Virus record (IMG/VR): IMGVR_UViG_637000339_000002
Length of the DNA stretch: 64,000 nucleotides
Strand: one strand, 5' to 3'
Origin: a virus
Lineage: Duplodnaviria; Caudoviricetes
In this document: positions 33,115 to 42,337 of the stretch, piece after piece
How positions within the stretch are numbered: the first letter of the stretch is position 1
How the letters are laid out: the number at the start of each line of letters is the position of its first letter
Program-made: the position numbers and the translations under genes
The notes under the pieces: model-generated
The model's database searches: none
Seen by the model: the letters and a program-made list of their open reading frames with translations, nothing else
Told to the model about the DNA's origin: nothing

Positions 33115-34342
33115 TTATGTTCTAGCTATAACGTTAGCAGATTTCCAACATCCATTAATCTTGTTGATGAATTTTGTTGGTATAGATCTACCGTTTCTAA
33201 GTTCATATACTACTTGCAAGATATTTGTACGTTTATTGGGTTGAAATATTACTATTCCAGATGTATAAAAACTTCTTAAAGCATTAGCACCAACGAGAGC
33301 TTGAAATGGATTCTTTTCCAATGTAGAGGTAGATACTTTTTTGGTGTGATTTGTGATGATTATTCCAGCCATAGTATTAATCTTGGAACGTAGTTTTTCT
33401 ATTGCATGCTGTAGACCATAGTTAACGTAATTATAAGGAGAATCAATCACAACTAAATCAAACTTTTCCTCTACCATATTTTTTATTTTTTCTATACCTT
33501 CTTCATTTAAGGTCAAATTCATCTTGTTCGTCACAACTAAGTTTTCTGTTGCTAAATGAGGAAGTTTATTGAGTTGTTGTATACGTTCTCTAATATAATC
33601 ATATTCCATTTCATTTTGTAGATAGAATATTTTTAGCGGTCTTGTAGGTTTCATGCCAAGAAATGATCTTCCTGCTACCAGATGTACTAATAGAGAAAGA
33701 AGAAAATGACTTTTGCCAATCTTTGGAGTACCACCTATGACCAAAAGACCACCTGGTGTCAAAATTCTTGGGCCTATTATATCTTGTGGCATTGGTGATT
33801 TGTCATTTAAGTAATGATTTACAGAAAATGCTTTTCCTTCGTTTTGTTTTTCTTGTAATATGGAACTTCTTTCATCTTTACCGTTCAACCATGTTTCAGC
33901 AGAATCTATATTACCTTTAACTAAAGTCCAAAGGTCTATTATATTTCCTTTCTTTTCTTCGATCAGGTTGTACCAATTTCCTGCATTTTCTCCTTCCATT
34001 TCTACTGCCAATATAGAATTTATTTTGGTAAGATTTGCCTTCAGGTAACAAATAAGATAAACAATCTTTGATATTATTAATTAATAACGATTTTATTTTC
34101 AAAGCATTTTTAGATGAAAAATCCATAAAGTTCTCCTTGTTTATTCCAAATTTGTTCAACATATTTTTTAGACGTTTAAAGTCAAGATTAGCCAGCTCAC
34201 AAACAGTTTCAAAAGATCGTGAGCGAATCCATTGACAAGCCTCTTTTTTAAGTTTAGGGTTTTTTCCTGCTGCATCCTGAATAGCTCTAGTAATAACAGC
34301 AGCCCACAACTTTCCTTCGTCATACTTCAAAATGGCAACCAA
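33115..34342 (-). pseudogene. AAA_25 ATPase with a degenerate primase N-terminal domain, frameshifted near 34010
   Basis: CLSYLLPEG...FYIG in one frame; AGNWYN...IIDLW and GGTPKIGKS in the other. Confidence 0.65.
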
Positions 34343-34827
34343 TCATCTTGAAAATTTTTTTGTAATTCTGGAGTAATAACTGTAGTAATCCTATTTCTAT
34401 CTCCGTATGTATTATTAGTTTCAACGCCTACTTTTGCTGTAAACTCTAAATCGTTGAAATCAGCTATAGAGTTTATTCTTCTAGCAGTAACTGCTTTCTC
34501 TGAAGTGTCATTTGCATGAATATTTCTGGATGATTCCAAAATACTACGCAGCATAGAACGTCCAGATTCTCCCCAGATGTCTTCTTCACCTTCTGCTTTG
34601 CCATTTTTGATACCTATAATCTGAAAAATCTTGCGTTTTGCATATGGGCCTTCAGTGACGGTAAATTCTACATTTAAATAGATACTGCCAGTAGTGTAGT
34701 TTTTAGTGAACCAATTTTCATAACCTCCAGGCTTTATTGCCATTTTTACCTTGACTATTGTACCTTTCGGTATTAAACTGCTCTGCAGTTTTGCATTATT
34801 AAAATCAGTTAAAAAATCTTGTAGCAT
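34327..34827 (-). CDS. Putative ssDNA-binding / replication protein
   Basis: IPKG...YLNVEFTVTEGPYAKRKIF and acidic DDWLPF tail. Confidence 0.6.
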   Translation of the reverse strand: MLQDFLTDFNNAKLQSSLIPKGTIVKVKMAIKPGGYENWFTKNYTTGSIYLNVEFTVTEGPYAKRKIFQIIGIKNGKAEGEEDIWGESGRSMLRSILESSRNIHANDTSEKAVTARRINSIADFNDLEFTAKVGVETNNTYGDRNRITTVITPELQKNFQDDWLPF

Positions 34828-34864
34828 ACGCTCTCCTATAAGTTGACTTTAAAGTGAAAGTTAG

Positions 34865-36566
34865 CTATTCCATTAGCTGCCAATGACCATTTATCTTATC
34901 GACAAGTTTGTTTGGCACGCGTTCACCATTGCGAAGCTCAAATACTATCTGGCGTGCACTGCTTTCTTCATCATGAGCAAACATCACCATACCAGTACTG
35001 TAAAATCCACGTAAAGATCCAGCACCACTTAGGCCTTGAAATGGATCTTCTTCGAGCATCTTTTTCGATAATTTTTTTGTATGATGAGTGAGAGGTTGTC
35101 CGGAAACTAGTAAATTCAAGCATATTCCCTCTTTAACATAACCCTACTCATAGCTAGGTATATGAAATTCTCAGTGGATGTTGTGAGTAAATCATACTCC
35201 TTCGATAGCCTTCTATTCCTATTAACCCAAGCAAAAGTCCTTTCTACAACCCATCTTCTTGGCTGTACTTTAAACCCTTGTTCTCTTGTTGGTAGTAGCT
35301 CAGGTGGCGTATCTTTGTGCACCCAAAATCTACATGGAGGCCTTTTAACAATTTCAATATCTATGTCATATTCTTCCTTTATGTGATTCTTTAAATTTCT
35401 TCCTTGGTATCCCATGTCAGCCCACATTTTTTTAACTTTAGTATATTTTGTTCTCATATTGTTTAATGCTATTTTAATACCATCTCTATCATTTTCGTTA
35501 GCAGCGCCTACGTAACAACCTAGTATAAAACCCTGAGTGTCTGTAATTATATGCCTTTTTCTACCCTTTACTTTTTTACTTCCATCATAGCCTTTGATCC
35601 CCCCTTTTCTGTAGTCTTTACAGATTGACTATCTACTATACAGGCACTCGGCTGCTCATTCCTTCCTATTTTTCTTCTACTATATTTTGTAATTTCATAA
35701 TTCATTTTCTCAAAAATTCCCTGCTTCTTCCATTGCCTGAACTGCTCATACACAGTCTTCCATAGCGGAAAATCATTTGGTAAATACCGCCATTGACACC
35801 CTGTACGCAATACATAGAAAATTGCTTCTAATATTTCTCTTTTGCTATACTTTGGCGGCCTTCCTCCTTTCTTGTATGATACTCTGAAGTGTTTTTCTAT
35901 TCTTGACCATTCCCTTTCGCTTAGATCTGTTGGATACTTTTTTCTCATCTTTACCCCGTACTAAAATTTCAGATATTATAGCCTTTTACTTGTTTCCGGA
36001 CAACCTCTGAGTACAATACAAGCATCTGGATTGACAGCACTGCGTAGCTTCTCAAGAGTCTTTTGCAGAAAGAACAGCATAGCACTATTATCATTTTCAT
36101 TCCCATATTCACTGCTAAAGATGTTACGTAATGGATCTATGGCCAAAACATCAGGTTTAAAGCGTTCATTTACAATCTCCTTAATTCCACTTATTTCATC
36201 ATGATTAAATGATAAGTGCACTTTTGGCGTAATGATTAAGTTGTTAGCAGCTACATTCAAAAGTTCATTATCAAGTTGTTGCAAACGTTCTTTCATATAT
36301 TCAATTTCAGTTTGCATGTAGAAAATTTTTAAAGGTCTATTTGAAACCATACCAAGAAAAGGAACACCTGCAGCCATATGAACGAGCCATGAAATCAAAA
36401 AGTCACTTTTGCCGATTTTAGGTGGGCCACCCAGTACCAATAAGCCTCTTTTTGTTAAAATTCTTGGTGAGATTATATCCTCTGGTATTGGCGATCGATC
36501 GTCCAAGTATTCTTTCACACTGAAAAAAGGAATTTTTTGACCAATAGTTAAAAAGTTTTGTAGCAT
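34865..36566 (-). pseudogene. AAA_25 ATPase interrupted by IS5
   Basis: GGPPKIGKS. Removing the IS restores CIVLTHHTKK. Confidence 0.85.
35092..36007 (-). mobile_element. IS5-family element (ISWpi1-like), 916 bp
   Basis: TIRs GAGGTTGTCCGGAAAC; TGA target duplication. Two ORFs (35568-35948 and 35116-35457+) with an AAAAGGGGGG run at the junction; RRWVVERTFAW. Confidence 0.95.
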
Positions 36567-36577
36567 ATAATAACCTC

Positions 36578-37399
36578 CTATATGTTGGGCGTGACAGGTT
36601 GAATTGCAAAAGCTTTAGTTTTAATTTTTGTAAGAAGTTTTCCTAGATGCGGTTCTTCAACCATATTAAGGCAACCACTTCGATCTTTAGCAGGATATCC
36701 CCAAGAATTAATCGTCTGACAGACAAATGAACGAACCTCTGTACCATCATCTTTCTTGATTCCAACCATACTGATTACCTCATCAACAATACCTGGAATT
36801 TCACTTGCAGTTTTAGCTCCTTCACATTGAGGTAGCCAAGTTGAGCGATTGAAATCATCGAGGTATTGTCCAAGAGTTCCAACTGTAATGATGTCTTTAT
36901 TTGGAATATGTTGAAACTGATTGAGCCAAGCCATCATTTCTTGAGCAAGTAACCCGTAAGCAGCTCTCATATCTTGTTTTCCTGATCTTTCAGAAAAAGC
37001 TTCAGGTTGCATTTTTGACCATAAAAGACATAAACGCGAGGCTACTGTAATACTATTGATAAAAACACATCGATACTTGAGAAACTCCGAAGCAAGCTCT
37101 TTGTATTTACTGGATACATGCTCATAGTGTCTTTGGCTATATGCTGAGTCAGATTTTAACGCAGGATTAGGACCACCTATGAGACATGCAATATCTCTTG
37201 CCTCATTCCCAGTACGAATACTTACAGAATCCCCTTGCCAATCTTGAACAGCAAGTAAACCTGCCTCAAAATCAAGACAAAGTGTTGGTTCATTTATGGT
37301 CTTTAAGAGACTAGTTTTACCTATACCATAAGGACCAAAGATGACCATTTTTATACCTGTTTGAACTTTTAGCCGTTCATTGCTGTTCATTATTTTCAT
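36578..37399 (-). CDS. AAA_24 (Sak4-like) ATP-binding protein
   Basis: GPYGIGKT, DFEAG, PAKDRSG. Confidence 0.8.
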   Translation of the reverse strand: MKIMNSNERLKVQTGIKMVIFGPYGIGKTSLLKTINEPTLCLDFEAGLLAVQDWQGDSVSIRTGNEARDIACLIGGPNPALKSDSAYSQRHYEHVSSKYKELASEFLKYRCVFINSITVASRLCLLWSKMQPEAFSERSGKQDMRAAYGLLAQEMMAWLNQFQHIPNKDIITVGTLGQYLDDFNRSTWLPQCEGAKTASEIPGIVDEVISMVGIKKDDGTEVRSFVCQTINSWGYPAKDRSGCLNMVEEPHLGKLLTKIKTKAFAIQPVTPNI

Positions 37400-37418
37400 T
37401 TTTCTCCCAGTACCTAAA

Positions 37419-37454
37419 TATATATGTACGATGACCTAGGCAATTCGTCCGCAA
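37419..37454 (-). promoter_or_regulatory. Conserved phage motif copy 2 (upstream of the replication operon)
   Basis: TTGCGGACGAATTGCCTAGGTCATCGTACATATATA. Confidence 0.7.
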
Positions 37455-37492
37455 TTTGCAAAAAAAAATTTTGAGCAAATATAATCGAGAGC

Positions 37493-38026
37493 TTATAACT
37501 TCTCTAAAACTGAGAATTTATTGCGTATTCGTTCTAGTGTGCGATAGATAGTTGTCTTTGGTATTTTGGTTATTACAGAAACTTCAGTAATAGTAAATAC
37601 CTTAAGTAATTGACATAAATTACTATCTTTTTCAGACAAAGTTGAAATTATATTATTTATATCAGTGCGAATTATCGCCTCGATTTCCGAGTTCCTATGA
37701 TCTGGAATATCGTCGTTTATATCATCAAAAGTTATATTACGTTTTAGACATAACTGATTGCGTAACATATTGCGAGCACAATAATTAGCTAATCTAGCAA
37801 CGAAAGTACTAAAACTACTTCTTTTCTCATCGTGCTGGTTAAGATATTGCCAAACCTGACAAAAAAGCTCTTGTTCTATATCTTCGAGACTTTCGTTAAT
37901 AAAACAGCTTTTGGATTTAAGGCGCGAAGCTTGAAATCTCACATGTTTAACAATTGTAGAATCGATTCCTTGATAAGAATTCTTCATAAAAACTCCAAAA
38001 GTTTCATGAATAGAGATTTTTACCAA
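37493..38026 (-). CDS. Sigma-70/ECF-like RNA polymerase sigma factor
   Basis: Region 2 (EDIEQEL...SSFSTF) and region 4 HTH (ITEVS...KTTIYRTLERIR). Confidence 0.75.
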   Translation of the reverse strand: MVKISIHETFGVFMKNSYQGIDSTIVKHVRFQASRLKSKSCFINESLEDIEQELFCQVWQYLNQHDEKRSSFSTFVARLANYCARNMLRNQLCLKRNITFDDINDDIPDHRNSEIEAIIRTDINNIISTLSEKDSNLCQLLKVFTITEVSVITKIPKTTIYRTLERIRNKFSVLEKL

Positions 38027-38485
38027 GACTTTGTATGACTAATTTATTATAAAAAAGTAGTAATAATTTTTTTATCTAAAAGAATAAAATCTTTAAAAAT
38101 TAAAATAAGATTTAAACGTTTTGATACACTACTGAAGCTACTTTTTCATAGGTAAAAAACTACCAATTTCGTACCTAATTTCTGAATTACTAATTAGTAT
38201 TTCAGAAAGCAGTAATCGTTAAGTTATTGATAATATTGTCTTTTTTATGTTCTATTCCTAAAAGCCGTTTCTAAAGTTAAGTGGCTAAAATCGGCCAGTG
38301 AAGAGGATTTACGGATTACTGAAGTCTTATATATATTATATATATATTTAAATACAGGTAAAATATAATATATGATAATATAATAATATAAATATTGGCG
38401 TAATATAAGTTATGTAAAATAGTTATTAAGATAAGTAAAAACTCAAATGGCAGGATATGAAATTTTTTTTAATTTTTTTTCAAAA

Positions 38486-38520
38486 TTGCGGACGAATTTG
38501 CGAGTCATCGTACATATATA
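38486..38520 (+). promoter_or_regulatory. Conserved phage motif copy 3 (upstream of the packaging/head operon)
   Basis: TTGCGGACGAATTTGCGAGTCATCGTACATATATA. Confidence 0.7.
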
Positions 38521-38563
38521 TTATACAGGGCATTGAACTTTAATTACACAAAGGAGTTTTTGT

Positions 38564-39019
38564 ACGTCAATCTTAACGCTAGATCTCGGCAAGCAAACAG
38601 GCTGGGCAATTCTAACAGATGGAATAATTGAAAGTGGGAGCAAAAGCTTTCATGGTAGTCGTTTCAGCGGAGGTGGAATGTGTTTCTTAAACTTTTGCAA
38701 TTGGCTCAATTCTTTGAAAGACATTTCTGCAGTGTACTTTGAGGAGGTGAGAAGACATTTAGGAACTGATGCAGCCCATTGCTACGGTGGGTTTCTTGCA
38801 GTGCTGTCTGCTTGGTGTGAAGAGAACAATATTCCCTACCAAGGTGTTAATGTTAAAACTATAAAACGCTTTATAGCAGGCAAAGGCAATGCAAGTAAGA
38901 GTGAAGTTATTGAAGCGATACGTGAAAAAAGTTTTTCACCTAGAGATGATAATGAGGCCGATGCTTTGGCATTAATGTTCTATATTAGTAAAGATATTAA
39001 TAAGACGAAAAATCCATAA
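38564..39019 (+). CDS. RuvC-like Holliday junction resolvase (start codon reads ACG)
   Basis: AAGGAG RBS, then ACG-SILTLDLGKQTGW in frame with FEEV, GKGNASK and DDNEADA. Confidence 0.75.
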   Translation, partial: TSILTLDLGKQTGWAILTDGIIESGSKSFHGSRFSGGGMCFLNFCNWLNSLKDISAVYFEEVRRHLGTDAAHCYGGFLAVLSAWCEENNIPYQGVNVKTIKRFIAGKGNASKSEVIEAIREKSFSPRDDNEADALALMFYISKDINKTKNP

Positions 39020-39132
39020 AAAGTGGGTCCTTTCAGCCAGAATGGCGGATTTGGTGAGTTCAACCCCAGGCCTTCTTTAGCGTCAGAGATATTTTGAATA
39101 TTAACTTTTTAATTATTAAGGATTTAAATTAT

Positions 39133-40359
39133 ATGAATTTAGCAATCCACTACTATCCTGTTGAAAACCTCGTCGAATATAAGCGTAATCCTCGTAAAAA
39201 TGATGATGTAGTAAATAGAATGTATGCTTCAATCAGGGAATTTGGCTTTCGTATACCAATAGTTGCAAAAAGCGATGGAACTGTGGTTGATGGTCATTTA
39301 AGACTTAAAGCAGCAAGAAAACTTGGTATGGAGAGTATTCCAGTGGTCTTAAGTGATAATTTAAATGAACCACAAACTAAAGCTTTTCGGTTACTGGCAA
39401 ATCAATCAGCTAACTGGGCAAAGTGGGACGATGAGCTTTTGAAAGTGGAAATTCAAGAGTTAGAAGATTTGCAGTTTGATCTTAAAATGACTGGATTTGA
39501 ATTGGAAAAAGTTCAACGTTTTCTCGATGATTTTGATGGAAAAGAAGAAGTAGAAAGAGGAGTTTTGGAGTTAATTGATAAAAAGGTAGAAATAGCAAAA
39601 CCAGGGGATTTATGGATTTTAGGTGATCATAGAATCTATTGCGGTGATAGCTGCGTAGTTGAATCATTTAAAGCAGTATTAGATGATAAAATGGCAGATA
39701 TTACTGTTTGTGATCCTCCATATAACGTTGATTATGGTAGTAGCCAGGAGAGAGAAGATAAAAAAATATTGAATGATAATCAAGGTGAAAAGTATGAGCT
39801 TTTTCTCTACGACATCTGTTCCAATATTTTAGCATATACGAAAGGAGCAATTTACATCTGCATATCATCATCAGAGTTTTCAACGCTGCAAAAAGCATTT
39901 GAGGAAGCAGGAGGAAAATGGTCAACATTTATCATTTGGGCAAAGAATCATTTTACGCTAGGCAGGTCTGATTATCAAAGACAATACGAAGCAATGCTCT
40001 ATGGATGGAAAAGCGGCAATAAACGTGAGTGGCATGGAGGTAGAAATCAAAGTGATCTATGGTTTTATGATAAGCCAATACATAACTCACTGCACCCAAC
40101 AATGAAGCCAGTAGAGCTAATGGAGAAAGCAATAGTTAATAGCAGCAGACCTGGGGATACTGTACTTGATCCATTTAGCGGTTCTGGCAGCACACTGATT
40201 GCATGTGAGAGAACAGGAAGAATTTGCAGAACAATAGAGCTAGATTCAAAATTTGTAGATGTAACGATAAAACGTTGGCAAGTATACACAGGTAGGGAAG
40301 CAATTCTTTCTGGTACTGGCAAAACTTTTGCACAAATTCAAGAAGAAAAACAGCAATAA
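39133..40359 (+). CDS. ParB-domain DNA N6/N4 methyltransferase
   Basis: NPRKN, VDGHLR, DPPYN, HPTMKP, DPFSGSG. Confidence 0.92.
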   Translation: MNLAIHYYPVENLVEYKRNPRKNDDVVNRMYASIREFGFRIPIVAKSDGTVVDGHLRLKAARKLGMESIPVVLSDNLNEPQTKAFRLLANQSANWAKWDDELLKVEIQELEDLQFDLKMTGFELEKVQRFLDDFDGKEEVERGVLELIDKKVEIAKPGDLWILGDHRIYCGDSCVVESFKAVLDDKMADITVCDPPYNVDYGSSQEREDKKILNDNQGEKYELFLYDICSNILAYTKGAIYICISSSEFSTLQKAFEEAGGKWSTFIIWAKNHFTLGRSDYQRQYEAMLYGWKSGNKREWHGGRNQSDLWFYDKPIHNSLHPTMKPVELMEKAIVNSSRPGDTVLDPFSGSGSTLIACERTGRICRTIELDSKFVDVTIKRWQVYTGREAILSGTGKTFAQIQEEKQQ

Positions 40360-40372
40360 AGGGGCAAAAGAA

Positions 40373-40852
40373 GTGGAAAAGATCACACAAACGGAATGGG
40401 CAAGAGAGATAGGAGTTTCAAATCAATATGTCTGTTATTTAGTAAAAAAAGGAATAATTGAGTTGGAGAATGGTTTGGTAAATAGAGAACAAGCAAATGA
40501 AGCAGTAGCGGCAATAAGAGATCCAAGTCAGCCACTTAGGAGGAAAAATCCAGAAAACGAAAATACAAGTAACCTTTCCACGATGTTGCTAAAAACTCGA
40601 ATAAAAAATGAAATGGAACGAGGTAAACTTCTTGAGGCGAAAGCTAAGGCTGAGATTGGTGAACTTGTAGCAGTAGAGGAAGTAAAGCGCGATGCATTTA
40701 ATGTAGCAAGAGTTGTACGTAATAATTTGCTTAATATTCCAAATAGAGTTTCAGCACTGCTTGCATCACTGAGTGACACTGAAAAGATTCATATGGCGCT
40801 AACCGAAGGGATTACAAACTCATTACAAGAATTATCTAATATTAAGTTTTAA
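40373..40852 (+). CDS. Terminase small subunit (Nu1-like)
   Basis: N-terminal wHTH TQTEWAREIGVS, coiled coil, GELV...LLNIP; position upstream of gpA. Confidence 0.7.
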   Translation: MEKITQTEWAREIGVSNQYVCYLVKKGIIELENGLVNREQANEAVAAIRDPSQPLRRKNPENENTSNLSTMLLKTRIKNEMERGKLLEAKAKAEIGELVAVEEVKRDAFNVARVVRNNLLNIPNRVSALLASLSDTEKIHMALTEGITNSLQELSNIKF

Positions 40853-40855
40853 ATA

Positions 40856-42337
40856 ATGTCTGCTAACTTAAGTTTAGAATTAATAAAGTGTCTTATTAAT
40901 CAACCAGGAGTGGATGTAAATGTTAGAGGATTAAATGGGAAAACCCCACTACATTATGCAGTAGAAATTAACGAGCTTAGTATGGTTGCTCTCTTACTAA
41001 ATAGGAAAAATATTAATCCACTGATCACTGATGATAATGGTAAAAGTGCGCTGGATTGTGCAAGAGAAGAGATATTACAAGCACTAATCAATCACAAATA
41101 TGGATTGGAGAAAGATAGCTTACTTCACTTAGCTGCGATGTTGAATGAAGCAAATGCTGTAAGGTTTTTACTCGACAAAGGGACTAATGTTAATGAGCAG
41201 AATGCTTTACTACATACACCGTTACACTTAGCGGCAGGAGCTGGGCATGAACAAATAGTAGAAATTTTAATTAGAGAAGGAAATGCGGACAAAGATGTTC
41301 TTGATGCGAGAAATCATGCAGCAATTCATTATGCAGTAAACAACAAGAAGCTAGGAGTAGTAAAATTACTTTCAAATCTTGGTGCGAATGTTAATGTAGT
41401 TGGCAGCGGCAGAAATGCAATGAAATTATCTTCTTTGCACGTAGCTATAAGTAGTAGTAATTACGACGAAAGGGACTTATGTTTAGATATTGTAAGATGC
41501 TTAATAAATGTTCCTAATGCTGGGGTTAACTTACAAGATTATGAAAATAAAACGCCACTACATTATGCTGAAAGGCTGAAAACAATAGAAGTTTTACTAA
41601 CGCGAGAAGATATAGATCCTTTAATTAAGGATGATAATGGCAAGACACCATTTTGTTATGCAAAAGAAGCAAATAGATTAGATATAGTAAAGATTTTAGT
41701 AAGTAATAGATACGGAGCTGATAAAAACAGTTTGCTTCATTTAGCTGCCAGAAAAGGATATGAAGACCTAATAGACGGTATTCTTGGTGAAGGAGTTGAA
41801 ATAGATGCTGTAGATGAGAGTGGAAAAACGGGAATTTATGTTGCTGTAAAGCATGGTCACTTTAACGTAGTAAAGTTGTTGCTAAAGAGAGGAGCAGATG
41901 CCACGGATGTTTTTCAGTATGCAATAATAACGAACAACGCAAAATTAATAAAATTACTGAGCAAAGAGAAGGAAATAGTGTTATTTGGAAGACAGAAGAA
42001 CTTTCCAACATTTCATTTATTGAGCAATAAATATTTTGAAGAAAGGAAAATAGCAGACAAAAAAATAAAGAAATATATCAATATCGTCTGTGTTTCTATA
42101 ACAGTATGTGCAATAGTGATAGTGGGAATTTACCCTAACATTATAGCTGCGGTAATGGTGGGAATAGTTGCGCTCATAGCTGCAATAGCAATGAGTAATT
42201 TAACTCAGAAGTACATAGAAGAAGCACTTGAAAAGAAAATGTTTATTGAACTCGAAAGTGAGAAAACAAGTGAGTGCAGTTCTATTTTAAGTGATGTTGA
42301 GGTATCATCTAATGATGGTGAAGAGCTAGCGATATGA
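40856..42337 (+). CDS. Ankyrin repeat protein with two C-terminal TM segments
   Basis: Multiple TPLH repeats; overlaps the terminase start. Confidence 0.92.
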   Translation: MSANLSLELIKCLINQPGVDVNVRGLNGKTPLHYAVEINELSMVALLLNRKNINPLITDDNGKSALDCAREEILQALINHKYGLEKDSLLHLAAMLNEANAVRFLLDKGTNVNEQNALLHTPLHLAAGAGHEQIVEILIREGNADKDVLDARNHAAIHYAVNNKKLGVVKLLSNLGANVNVVGSGRNAMKLSSLHVAISSSNYDERDLCLDIVRCLINVPNAGVNLQDYENKTPLHYAERLKTIEVLLTREDIDPLIKDDNGKTPFCYAKEANRLDIVKILVSNRYGADKNSLLHLAARKGYEDLIDGILGEGVEIDAVDESGKTGIYVAVKHGHFNVVKLLLKRGADATDVFQYAIITNNAKLIKLLSKEKEIVLFGRQKNFPTFHLLSNKYFEERKIADKKIKKYINIVCVSITVCAIVIVGIYPNIIAAVMVGIVALIAAIAMSNLTQKYIEEALEKKMFIELESEKTSECSSILSDVEVSSNDGEELAI

